A stretch of 64,000 nt of DNA. It comes from an uncultured Actinomycetes bacterium (GTDB lineage Bacteria; Actinomycetota; Thermoleophilia; RBG-16-64-13). The translations under genes were made by a program, and so were the position numbers. Positions 52,997-60,363 of the stretch are shown here, piece by piece. Where the stretch lies: assembly GCA_963841735.1 (NCBI GenBank), contig CAWJDT010000004.1:160001-224000 (forward strand), written 5' to 3'. The notes under the pieces are model-generated. The model did not search any database and was not told the DNA's origin. It saw only the letters and a program-made list of their open reading frames with translations. Each line of letters opens with the position of its first letter. Within the stretch, counting starts at the first letter, position 1.

Positions 52997-53367
52997 GCAC
53001 GACCACCAGCATTCTCAAGGCTGCTTTGGCGGCAACGGTTAGGTCGACCGCCGAGTGGCGAAAACTCAAGGCTGAGGAATACGCCGGAGACGAGCGCAAC
53101 GCGCAGTGTGCGGCCGGGCTCGAGGATCTCGCGGTGTGGATCGAGGCCCTCGACGATACGGACGCACGGCTCGTGCAGCTTGCGGCGCTCGATTGGGCAG
53201 ACGACTTCTTCTCAGCGGGCGAAGAGCCGTCCCGCTTGTTGGGTCGCTATCGTTTCGATAGGGAAGATGAGAGCCCCGATCAGTTCCTGGACAGGTTCGT
53301 CGAAGCTTGCATCCAAGAGGCGATGGTCAACGCGGATGAGCCGTTCGACGGCGATATCGCCCGGTAG
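52993..53367 (+). CDS. acidic hypothetical protein (124 aa)
   Basis: GAGGA RBS; translationally coupled; AEWRKLKAEEYAGDERN motif, function unknown. Confidence 0.75.
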   Translation: MSTTTSILKAALAATVRSTAEWRKLKAEEYAGDERNAQCAAGLEDLAVWIEALDDTDARLVQLAALDWADDFFSAGEEPSRLLGRYRFDREDESPDQFLDRFVEACIQEAMVNADEPFDGDIAR

Positions 53368-53417
53368 GCTTCACAGGATCAACGTAGGCGCAACAGACAG
53401 CGGCCGGAGTAGGAAGA

Positions 53418-53765
53418 CTACCCGGCCGCTTCGCTTTGCCCGTGCGCCGGCGTCGGAAGAAGACGGTCGAGAAAGGCGGTCGCACCGCGATACAGCCCCA
53501 GGATCACAGGGTAGAGCTTGGCCTCCGGCGTGCGTTTGGTGCCGGATTGGCTCGGCCCGTTGTTCCAATCGACCGTGAGGCTGTGCGCGGTCATGTGCCT
53601 CTGGAGATCGTCCAGGGTCACGCCCAGGAAGGCGGCTTGCCCCAAGAGCGAGTCGAGCCCACGCAACCGCTCCGGACCAATGTCGCGGTAAATGCGGCGA
53701 AGTCGGGCCTTCTCTCGCTTGATCCGGCGAGCTTTCTGCTGGGGCTCTAAGTCGGGCGAAGTCAT
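53418..53765 (-). CDS. putative phage terminase small subunit (P27-like)
   Basis: Resembles Gram-positive cos-phage TerS (RL..I...AAF..VTL.DL......NG..Q.GTK..PE..LY...L..LLP); GAGGTG RBS. Confidence 0.7.
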   Translation of the reverse strand: MTSPDLEPQQKARRIKREKARLRRIYRDIGPERLRGLDSLLGQAAFLGVTLDDLQRHMTAHSLTVDWNNGPSQSGTKRTPEAKLYPVILGLYRGATAFLDRLLPTPAHGQSEAAG

Positions 53766-54058
53766 CGCAAATCACCTCATCTTGAGGGCCGTTGGGGCCG
53801 CTTATTCTTGACCCCCCCTATGCCGGGTTTTTTCTGCCGCGCTGAAGTTATTCTCCACTTACCGGTCTCCAGCCATGCTTCACATTTTGCATGCACGGGG
53901 GGATCACCTCTGCCAAGTTGGTGTGCAGGCCTCCCGCCGCAGAGACGAGAGGCCTGCTCTGCTGCTCTCTTTCCCTGTATCCCGCGCGCATGAATCGAAC
54001 ACGCAGGAGGCCGGCAGGGCAGCATGGCGGGAAGGATGCCCGCGACCGTTGGCACCTA

Positions 54059-55462
54059 TCAGCTAACCGCCGACGTGGCCAGGTTCAAGATCCTGAAGGC
54101 TTCGGGAACCACTACGTCGGAACCGGTCCTGAACCAGAGGAAAGCCCCGCGCTGGCCAGTGGGCCGGCGGTTCTCTCCGAAGACGTGCGGGACGATCTCG
54201 ATGGTGCTGCCGATCCGGTCCGCGATGATGAAGTTGCTCCAATCCCCATAGCAGAGAATGAGGTTGTCTTCGGTCGCGCCGGTGTCAACGTCGTCCGTGT
54301 CCGCCATGTTGGAGCATTCATGGAGCGGCCGCCTCAGCAGCTTGCCGTCGGCCAGTTCGGGGAAGACCCTCGACCCATTGTCGGTCTCAAACTGCGCGAT
54401 GCTGTTGATCGTCGGGAGACCGGCGACCCACCGCGCGTTGGGCTGGAACCGAGCGGGAAGAGCGTTCTGCACCGCGTAGACATCCGGCGTCGTGAACGTC
54501 TCGAATGTTGCCGGAGACAACTCAGAGCCGGTGCCCGCAAGAGCGGTCACAAACCCGGTCGGCTGGCCGTCGCCGCTGCCGGTTGTGAAGGCCGCTGCCT
54601 GCAACTGGTCTGCCGCGTCGACGAGCAACTTGGCGAGCTCTTCAGCAAACCGCAAGCCGTCCATCCCGATCTCAAAACTGAAGGGGACGAACGCGTCTCC
54701 GAAGTGCACCGGAACTTCGGCCTCGGCAAGCGTGGGGCTCGCGTCGGCTGCCTCGCTTCCTTCGCTCTTCCATTCCGCACTACAGCCGGCGCTGGTCACG
54801 CCTTGCCAAGTGTTCGAAGTGGTCTGGACCACTCGGGCGATTTGGCGAAGCGGATTGTTGGAACCGTCGGAGGTCAGCAAGATCGCGGGATCCAAGAACA
54901 AAGGCAGCATTTCGCCACCGTAGCCGGCCCCGGTGCTGAGAGCCGCGCGAAAGTCGCGCTTGACGGCCTGGACCTGCTGGTATGCGGCACGCTCTTCGTC
55001 GGTCCACATCATGTGGCCCTTTGAAGGGTCGGCCATCATCTTGAAGAAGGCGCTGGCGTAGGCGTCGCTCCCGGTGGCCTGCGCCCACCTGGACGCCAGG
55101 TCGCGGGATGCGTCGTCGCCGGTCGTGACGAGCCTCTCGGCCACAGCCGCCGCGGGCGCCGGCAGCAGACCGCGCTCGTGAGCCGCGTTGATGATGCGGC
55201 GCGCCGGGTCGGTATCACGGGAGCCGAAGACCGGACTGTTGCTACCGCGGGCGTCCGGCTGGGGGAACGTGCGGGCGGTGGGCTGAGGCGGGGCCTTCAG
55301 CGCGTCGGGGTCGGCCCCAAGACGGATGGCGGTGTTCCTGCGCTTGCGTTCCTCCGTGAGTGCGTCCACCTCGGTCTCCAGAGCATCGAGGTCGGCGTCG
55401 GGCTTCTTCAGCTCGGCCTTGATCTCGCTGAGCCGGGCGTCAATCTGTGCGATACGTTTCAT
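54059..55462 (-). CDS. HK97-fold major capsid protein with N-terminal coiled-coil scaffold (phiRv1/phiRv2-like)
   Basis: LDPAILLTSDGS.NPLRQIARVVQTT, GSGDGQPTG, GDWSNFIIADR.G and RPTGQRG...WFR.GSDV..PEAFR. Confidence 0.92.
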   Translation of the reverse strand: MKRIAQIDARLSEIKAELKKPDADLDALETEVDALTEERKRRNTAIRLGADPDALKAPPQPTARTFPQPDARGSNSPVFGSRDTDPARRIINAAHERGLLPAPAAAVAERLVTTGDDASRDLASRWAQATGSDAYASAFFKMMADPSKGHMMWTDEERAAYQQVQAVKRDFRAALSTGAGYGGEMLPLFLDPAILLTSDGSNNPLRQIARVVQTTSNTWQGVTSAGCSAEWKSEGSEAADASPTLAEAEVPVHFGDAFVPFSFEIGMDGLRFAEELAKLLVDAADQLQAAAFTTGSGDGQPTGFVTALAGTGSELSPATFETFTTPDVYAVQNALPARFQPNARWVAGLPTINSIAQFETDNGSRVFPELADGKLLRRPLHECSNMADTDDVDTGATEDNLILCYGDWSNFIIADRIGSTIEIVPHVFGENRRPTGQRGAFLWFRTGSDVVVPEAFRILNLATSAVS

Positions 55463-55806
55463 GACGAAAACCGCCTTTCAGGCGTAGAAAGTCAGTGTTC
55501 TTGGGGGATCATCCGGTGCCGGACGATCAGTGTCGGCGCCTCTGCGGCCCCGACAGGACCTGGCCACCTCTGCGGCGGCAGGTGCCGAGTTGTAGGACAG
55601 GCATCTCTCCGACACCAGCACCACCCGGGCTCTCTCCGACCCCGGCCGTCGCCATGCCCTCTCGGGCAGCATGGCCCCCGCCCTTCGGCGGTCGTCCGGT
55701 GTGCCATGCCGGACTGTCGGAAGCTCTTCGCTTCCAGCGAATCACCCGACCGATAGCAGCATGGCATCTCTGCGACGCCAGCCCGTCCGGGGCCTCTGCG
55801 GCACCT
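55463..55806 (-). ncRNA. putative structured leader RNA with an array of C(GNAGA)G hairpins
   Basis: Seven pentaloop and two tetraloop hairpins; stem wobbles read as G-U on the - strand; begins just after a TATAAT box. Confidence 0.65.
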
Positions 55807-55808
55807 AG

Positions 55809-55849
55809 ATTATACCGCTTCCAGCGGACAGGGAATACGCTCTGAGCGT
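55809..55849 (-). promoter_or_regulatory. late promoter: -10 box plus upstream palindrome
   Basis: TATAAT (- strand, 55814-55809), no good -35, perfect palindrome ACGCTC-T-GAGCGT at 55837-55849. Confidence 0.55.
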
Positions 55850-56113
55850 TCATGCGACCACCACACCCACGTCTTCGTTGCAGCCGCACTTCCGGCATAC
55901 CCACCACTCGGCCGGCAGTTTGGAAGCCGGGTTGCCCCACAGGATCGCTCCCAGGGTCGCGCCGCACTCCGGGCAGGTGAACGTTACGATCTTGCCGCCG
56001 CCGGTCTCTTGCACAGCGAAGGTGAACATGGCGCCGTGCGGTGGTACTTGGCCGCACCAGGGCTCTTGCTGCTGTGCGGGTGCACCGGTGAGGGCTTCGT
56101 GATGTAGGGTCAT
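55850..56113 (-). CDS. zinc-ribbon protein (87 aa)
   Basis: CPEC-x22-CRKC. Confidence 0.7.
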   Translation of the reverse strand: MTLHHEALTGAPAQQQEPWCGQVPPHGAMFTFAVQETGGGKIVTFTCPECGATLGAILWGNPASKLPAEWWVCRKCGCNEDVGVVVA

Positions 56114-56137
56114 AGGATCACCGCCTTCTTGCTGAAC

Positions 56138-56332
56138 TCATCGCCATAGACCCGGCCGGATGAACACTGGCCTTTGCTCCCTGGCTTCCCGGGCCCGCGC
56201 TGCCTGATCCCTGGCGGCCGTCTGCGTAGTGCAGACCCCGAAGGCCACGGACCGGCCGCTGTCCCATAGGCGCCAGGTCCACAGAGGCGCGTCGGGCTTT
56301 GATCGCTCGGATTCTCGGATCTCTACCCTCAC
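56138..56332 (-). CDS. small hypothetical protein (64 aa; WxWRL motif, DUF1508-like)
   Basis: AGGAGG RBS before GTG 56332; LWTWRLWDSGRSVAFG..T...A. Confidence 0.6.
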   Translation of the reverse strand: MRVEIRESERSKPDAPLWTWRLWDSGRSVAFGVCTTQTAARDQAARAREAREQRPVFIRPGLWR

Positions 56333-56354
56333 GCGCGGACCCTCCTTTTGGAGT

Positions 56355-56460
56355 TTCTTACTCTTACCTCCTATAGAGAAAGAGGAACGGTAAGATTCCG
56401 TTCCCTCTCTCTTTCTCTTACCGGTAAGATTCATCGTTCTTACCACGGTAAGATTCATCC
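56355..56460. repeat. iteron cluster / putative replication origin
   Basis: CGGTAAGATTC at 56388, 56422 and 56446; inverted TCTTAC(C) copies; palindrome CTTACCGGTAAG; AT-rich with purine/pyrimidine tracts. Confidence 0.75.
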
Positions 56461-57707
56461 GCACGGCTCCACCTGCCCCGGCCCACGTTCTGAATGAGCC
56501 CCTTGTCCTTCAACTGAGTGAGGGTCTTACTCACTGTGCCAGGAGTGGTCCCGATGGCTTCGGCAAGCTCTGACGGTCCACAGGGGCCATTCTCAAGCTC
56601 GGTGAGGATCATGTCCCGGATGGCGCCGGCCTCCGTCGATACATCGTTGACGGCCGCCTCCTCTACCACCAGGGCGTCACGGTCGAAGATCATCCGCAGA
56701 CCCACGGGCTCCACGTCGCCCATGTTGGTCTTGCGCGGGAAGAGCCCGACGCGGTACACGCCCGGCCGCTCGCGCTCGGAGCGGATCTCCCAGGTGATCC
56801 GTGCGAGGTTCTCCCAGTAGATGCTCCCAATCGGCAGCCGGTGGTGGTTCTCTTCGCGCCGGTCTGCCTTCGTGGTGTGGGTCTGGATATCGACGGCGGC
56901 GCCGGTGCTCGCTGTGACCTTGCGCAGACTGCCGAAGAACTGGATGGCAAGCTCAGAGCTGGCCACGTCTCCCCCACACGCGAGGCCCGCACTGTCGATA
57001 ACGACGAACTTGATCTCATGCTTAGCGATAACCTTGGCGATCTCGGAGGCCTCGTCTGCCATCGGGCCCGTGCACCTGCGGTAGAGCGGGAAGCGGATAT
57101 CACGGGCGATATAGGTCTTCTGGAGACCAGTCGCCAGCATCGTGCAGCGCCGCGCCGCCTCTGCCTCTGTCACTTCCCAATCGAGAATGAGCGTGTTCGC
57201 CTGTTTGGTGTCCCTGGCCTGGAAAGGCAGCCCGTTCTCTATGAGGAGGGCCTTGTAGATGGAAACGAAGCTCTTGAACTGGCCACCCGGAGCGAAGCTG
57301 AGGACCGGGAGCCCGTCTAGGATCACGTTCCCCAGCATGTACTCGACATCGACACTAGTCACCGGCTGAAGGCGCCGCGTAGGCGATCCCTGCTCCTCGT
57401 GCTCCAGGATAAGCGTGCAACTGGTCTCGATTACCCGGTCCCAGTTGACGCTGTCGCGCGGGAGTCGCTCCTCTAGCGTCTGCGACAATCGGCGCCGGGT
57501 CTGGCCGGCCGCCAGATTCATGGCCTCGTGGTGAACTTTCTCGGGATCTCGGCCGGGAAGAGCGACGAAGATCTTGACGGTACCTTGCACCCGGCCGTCA
57601 GAATGGGTCCGCAGACGCCCGGCCTCAAACTCGACCATGGCATCCGGGAACGACCATCGGACGATGTACTCCCCTGGCGCCGTGGTGATGGTGGGCGTCA
57701 CATCCAT
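56418..57707 (-). CDS. RepA/AAA_25-type helicase-ATPase with C-terminal wHTH (replication protein)
   Basis: Walker A APGGQFKS, LILDWE, Walker B VVIDS, QTH.K, GS..W...AR; C-terminal ELAEAIG..PGTVSKTL..L...GLI...GRGRW. Confidence 0.82.
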   Translation of the reverse strand: MDVTPTITTAPGEYIVRWSFPDAMVEFEAGRLRTHSDGRVQGTVKIFVALPGRDPEKVHHEAMNLAAGQTRRRLSQTLEERLPRDSVNWDRVIETSCTLILEHEEQGSPTRRLQPVTSVDVEYMLGNVILDGLPVLSFAPGGQFKSFVSIYKALLIENGLPFQARDTKQANTLILDWEVTEAEAARRCTMLATGLQKTYIARDIRFPLYRRCTGPMADEASEIAKVIAKHEIKFVVIDSAGLACGGDVASSELAIQFFGSLRKVTASTGAAVDIQTHTTKADRREENHHRLPIGSIYWENLARITWEIRSERERPGVYRVGLFPRKTNMGDVEPVGLRMIFDRDALVVEEAAVNDVSTEAGAIRDMILTELENGPCGPSELAEAIGTTPGTVSKTLTQLKDKGLIQNVGRGRWSRADESYRGKNDESYR

Positions 57708-58009
57708 GGCTTCGCCCTGGGTCTCTTCCTTGGCGGGCGGGCCATCTCCGAGCCGAGTAACTCACTCCGCAGTCTTTCGCAGATCCCGATGCGCTCGTCT
57801 GCCCATGCGGAGACGCTCAGCCTGCGCATTCCTCGCCACATGATGTTTCGCGGGTAGAGCTCGGCGATGCGAGCGGCCTGATACTCGGCGCTCAGCAGCT
57901 CGCACAGCGACATGTCCCGCAAGTCCAGGTTGTAGACCTGCAGGAACTCCTCATAGCTATTCGCCGCGTTGGGCGGGCGAAGCTGAAGGCGGTATGCCCT
58001 CGCGCTCAT
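57698..58009 (-). CDS. hypothetical protein (103 aa)
   Basis: Coupled ORF between xis and rep in the leftward operon. Confidence 0.6.
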   Translation of the reverse strand: MSARAYRLQLRPPNAANSYEEFLQVYNLDLRDMSLCELLSAEYQAARIAELYPRNIMWRGMRRLSVSAWADERIGICERLRSELLGSEMARPPRKRPRAKPWM

Positions 58010-58013
58010 GCGT

Positions 58014-58241
58014 CTAACCCCTGCCCTCGACCCGCTCTATGATCTTTGCCCGCGGGACGAAGACATTACGGCCTACAGTCAGCACCGGTACTCCCATGAG
58101 TGTGCCGTGGGCCTTGATCTCCCCATATAGAGCGTTCAGCCCTGGGCCGTGCGGCAGAGCCTCCCAGAACTCTCGCGGTTTCGAGAGCGGGTTTGGGTCC
58201 ATCTTGAACCGCTCCCAGGATGTCAGTGTGCGCGATGGCAT
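58014..58241 (-). CDS. excisionase-like HTH protein (start may be ~58202)
   Basis: LY..IK..G...VPVLTVGRNVFVPR winged-helix Xis pattern; first gene divergent from the repressor. Confidence 0.7.
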   Translation of the reverse strand: MPSRTLTSWERFKMDPNPLSKPREFWEALPHGPGLNALYGEIKAHGTLMGVPVLTVGRNVFVPRAKIIERVEGRG

Positions 58242-58281
58242 TGAAACCCTCCCAGGTTCAGTGAGCCTTGTGACGTATCAA

Positions 58282-58339
58282 ATTGTAGGCCAACGGATGT
58301 TGACAGTGCAAGCGGTTCTATGATACTAATGCAGTATCA
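58282..58339. promoter_or_regulatory. divergent promoters and repressor operator (genetic switch)
   Basis: + strand TTGACA-N16-GATACT; - strand TTGCAC-N18-TACAAT; palindrome TGATACT-N5-AGTATCA at 58321-58339. Confidence 0.7.
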
Positions 58340-58359
58340 ACGACGGCCGGAGGAGAGAC

Positions 58360-58911
58360 ATGACGGATACAGAGAGGGCAAAACCGCGGGAGTTGGTCGG
58401 TCGCAACCTTCGGAGGATTCGCCAGGATCGCGGGCTTTCTCAACGTCGGCTGGTCGAGCGAATGAGGGGGCTCCGGTTTTCGTGGCACCAGACAACCGTT
58501 CAGGGAGTTGAGACGGGCACGAGACCCGTCTCGATCGATGAACTAGTAGCTCTCGCCATCTGCCTGGACACTGACATTGCATCGTTGCTCGATCCCGTTG
58601 GCGCCGGTCTCCCGAGCCTTCCGATGGAGCAGGGCACACTTGCGGAGGCGGGGACTGTAGACGTCGGTCTTCCGTGGGGCTTGTGGGGCCGTTTCTTTCG
58701 CAACCTCATTCCCGTGTCGCAGGCGCAAGGTAGCAGCCCGCGGTTCGTCCAGACCATTCCAGACTGGCGCGATGGGGAGCCGGTGGGCGGTCTACAGCAG
58801 GAATTCGCCATCCCTGCCGATGAGGACGCGCTCCACACCAAGGTGAAAGAACTCGAAACCCTGGTCGAACAATTGAAGGCGGCGTTGCCGGCACAAGGGA
58901 GGAAGTCGTGA
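58360..58911 (+). CDS. XRE-family HTH repressor
   Basis: VGRNLRRIRQDRGLSQ..L...WHQTTVQGVETGTR.VSIDELVALA. Confidence 0.88.
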   Translation: MTDTERAKPRELVGRNLRRIRQDRGLSQRRLVERMRGLRFSWHQTTVQGVETGTRPVSIDELVALAICLDTDIASLLDPVGAGLPSLPMEQGTLAEAGTVDVGLPWGLWGRFFRNLIPVSQAQGSSPRFVQTIPDWRDGEPVGGLQQEFAIPADEDALHTKVKELETLVEQLKAALPAQGRKS

Positions 58912-60107
58912 GAGGCTCCGTTCGTCGTTGGCGCAATGGTTGGCAGTGGCGCGTGCGGACGCCGGAAGGCCGGTGGATCTCCAAGTCCGGTTATCGCCTT
59001 GAGCGCGAGGCTCAGGACGCGCTCACCAAGGAACTAGCGAAGATGGGCGAAGGCCGGTTCGTGGAGCCCGACCGGATCACGGTCGGGGCGTACCTGGAAG
59101 ATGTGTGGCTCCCGGCCGTGAAAAGCTCTGTCGGGCCTAGTCAGTACACGAGCTATCAGACCATTCTAGAGCGGCATATCAAGAAGCACATAGGCGACGT
59201 GAAACTGCAGAAGCTCACGGAGCCCCACGTCATCCGCATGTACCGCGAACTCGAAAGGACAGGCCATCGCTACTCTACCGACGATGCCCCTCGCGGTCTG
59301 GCTCCAAAGTCCGTGCGTCACGTTCACGCCATGTTGCACCGGGCTTTGAATGACGCCGTAGAGTGGCGCTACGTGCCCCGCAACGTTGCCGAGAGCAAGA
59401 AGACCAAGCCGCCCCGGCCCAAACGTCAAGCCGACATGAAGGTCTGGACTGCGGAAGAGCTGCAGCGCTTCCTTGCCGCGGTGCAATCGGACCGGCTGTT
59501 CCCGTTCTGGCGCTTCCTCGCACTTACCGGCGTTCGCCGTGGCGAGGGTCTCGCGCTCCAATGGTCCGACGTGGATCTTCGCGCCGGCGTCGCGTCGATC
59601 GCTCGGGCTCGCACCATTCACGGCACGTCGGCGCCGAAGACGGAACGTAGTCGCCGCTCCCTTGACCTAGACCCGCAGACCGTCGCCGTGCTCAAGTCGT
59701 GGCGCAAGCGGCAGCTAGAGGAACGGCTCCGCTGGGGCGAGCTTTGGAGTGATACCGGCCTTGTGTTCACCCGCGAGAACGGCAACGGCTACCACCCGGA
59801 CGGGATCACCGGGATCTTTGAACGGCTGCAGCGTCAGCACAACGACGCGAAGAAGAAGGAAGCCGAAGAGCGGAAGAAGGCCGGCGACGCCACAGCGCAA
59901 CCGGAGGGCCTTCTCCCCCGAATCCGGCTGCATGACCTTCGCCACACTCACGCGACGCTGCTACTTGCGAGCGGCGTCAATGCCAAGATCGTCTCAGAGC
60001 GTCTCGGCCATGCCTCCGTGGCGTTCACCTTGACCGTGTACGCGCACGTTTTGCCCGGCCAACAGAAGGAAGCGATCGGGCGCCTGGCGGCCCTGGTCGA
60101 TGGCTAG
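58908..60107 (+). CDS. tyrosine integrase
   Basis: Arm-binding N-terminus, TGVRRGE, PKT, HDLRH, LGH and VYAH; adjacent to att. Confidence 0.96.
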   Translation: MRGSVRRWRNGWQWRVRTPEGRWISKSGYRLEREAQDALTKELAKMGEGRFVEPDRITVGAYLEDVWLPAVKSSVGPSQYTSYQTILERHIKKHIGDVKLQKLTEPHVIRMYRELERTGHRYSTDDAPRGLAPKSVRHVHAMLHRALNDAVEWRYVPRNVAESKKTKPPRPKRQADMKVWTAEELQRFLAAVQSDRLFPFWRFLALTGVRRGEGLALQWSDVDLRAGVASIARARTIHGTSAPKTERSRRSLDLDPQTVAVLKSWRKRQLEERLRWGELWSDTGLVFTRENGNGYHPDGITGIFERLQRQHNDAKKKEAEERKKAGDATAQPEGLLPRIRLHDLRHTHATLLLASGVNAKIVSERLGHASVAFTLTVYAHVLPGQQKEAIGRLAALVDG

Positions 60108-60119
60108 TCCGGAGTTTTG

Positions 60120-60141
60120 GTGGAACATTCGTGGAACATGG
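60120..60141. repeat. putative integrase arm-type sites (right)
   Basis: Identical to 52605-52626. Confidence 0.75.
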
Positions 60142-60162
60142 CCGGCCGCCAAGCCTTCAGGG

Positions 60163-60193
60163 CAAGAAAAAAGCCCCGCGTTTGCAGGGCTTC
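60163..60193 (-). terminator. element-supplied terminator downstream of tRNA-Pro
   Basis: - strand AAGCCCTGC-AAAC-GCGGGGCTT followed by TTTTT. Confidence 0.7.
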
Positions 60194-60198
60194 TGAAG

Positions 60199-60272
60199 TC
60201 GGGACGGCCGGATTTGAACCGGCGACCTTCCGGCCCCCAGCCGGATGCGCTACCAAACTACGCCACGTCCCG
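60199..60272 (-). tRNA. tRNA-Pro(GGG), CCA not encoded
   Basis: CGGGACG acceptor stem, TAGTTTGGTA D-loop, TCCGG-CTGGGGG-CCGGA anticodon arm, GGTTCAAATCC T-arm. Confidence 0.96.
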
Positions 60273-60363
60273 AAGCGCCGAACCAGTATAGCGCGCCCTT
60301 CGGCGCTCAACTAGCGCGAAACAGGCTCAACCCTTACAGCGCCTCACCAGCTGTCAGGCGCAG

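Larger units (their letters stand above)
52430..60243. mobile_element. integrated phage-satellite-like element (~7.8 kb) in tRNA-Pro(GGG)
   Basis: 48-bp direct repeats at both ends; integrase, repressor, Xis, Rep, capsid and TerS genes inside. Confidence 0.92.

Noticed and set aside
53777-54055. HNH endonuclease gene before terS
   Set aside because: No HNH or CxxC pattern; better explained as structured noncoding sequence. A cos site here is possible but cannot be located by eye.
53891-55024. 377-aa + strand ORF, and similar long antisense ORFs (e.g. 41353-42045, 33322-34455)
   Set aside because: Shadow ORFs opposite real genes in GC-rich DNA, with no motifs.
54059-55462. Encapsulin nanocompartment
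   Set aside because: Phage-type capsid motifs, a scaffold domain and an integrase/Rep/TerS context, with no cargo enzyme.
55478-55767. ORFs 55478-55672 and 55492-55767 as a prohead protease
   Set aside because: No protease motifs or clear RBS; composition fits translation of GC-rich hairpins.
55463-55806. CRISPR array
   Set aside because: Only a 7-nt loop motif is conserved, stems and spacing vary, and there are no cas genes.
52430-60243. Complete prophage or canonical capsid-forming PICI
   Set aside because: Portal, large terminase, protease, connector, tail and lysis genes are absent between intact att sites.
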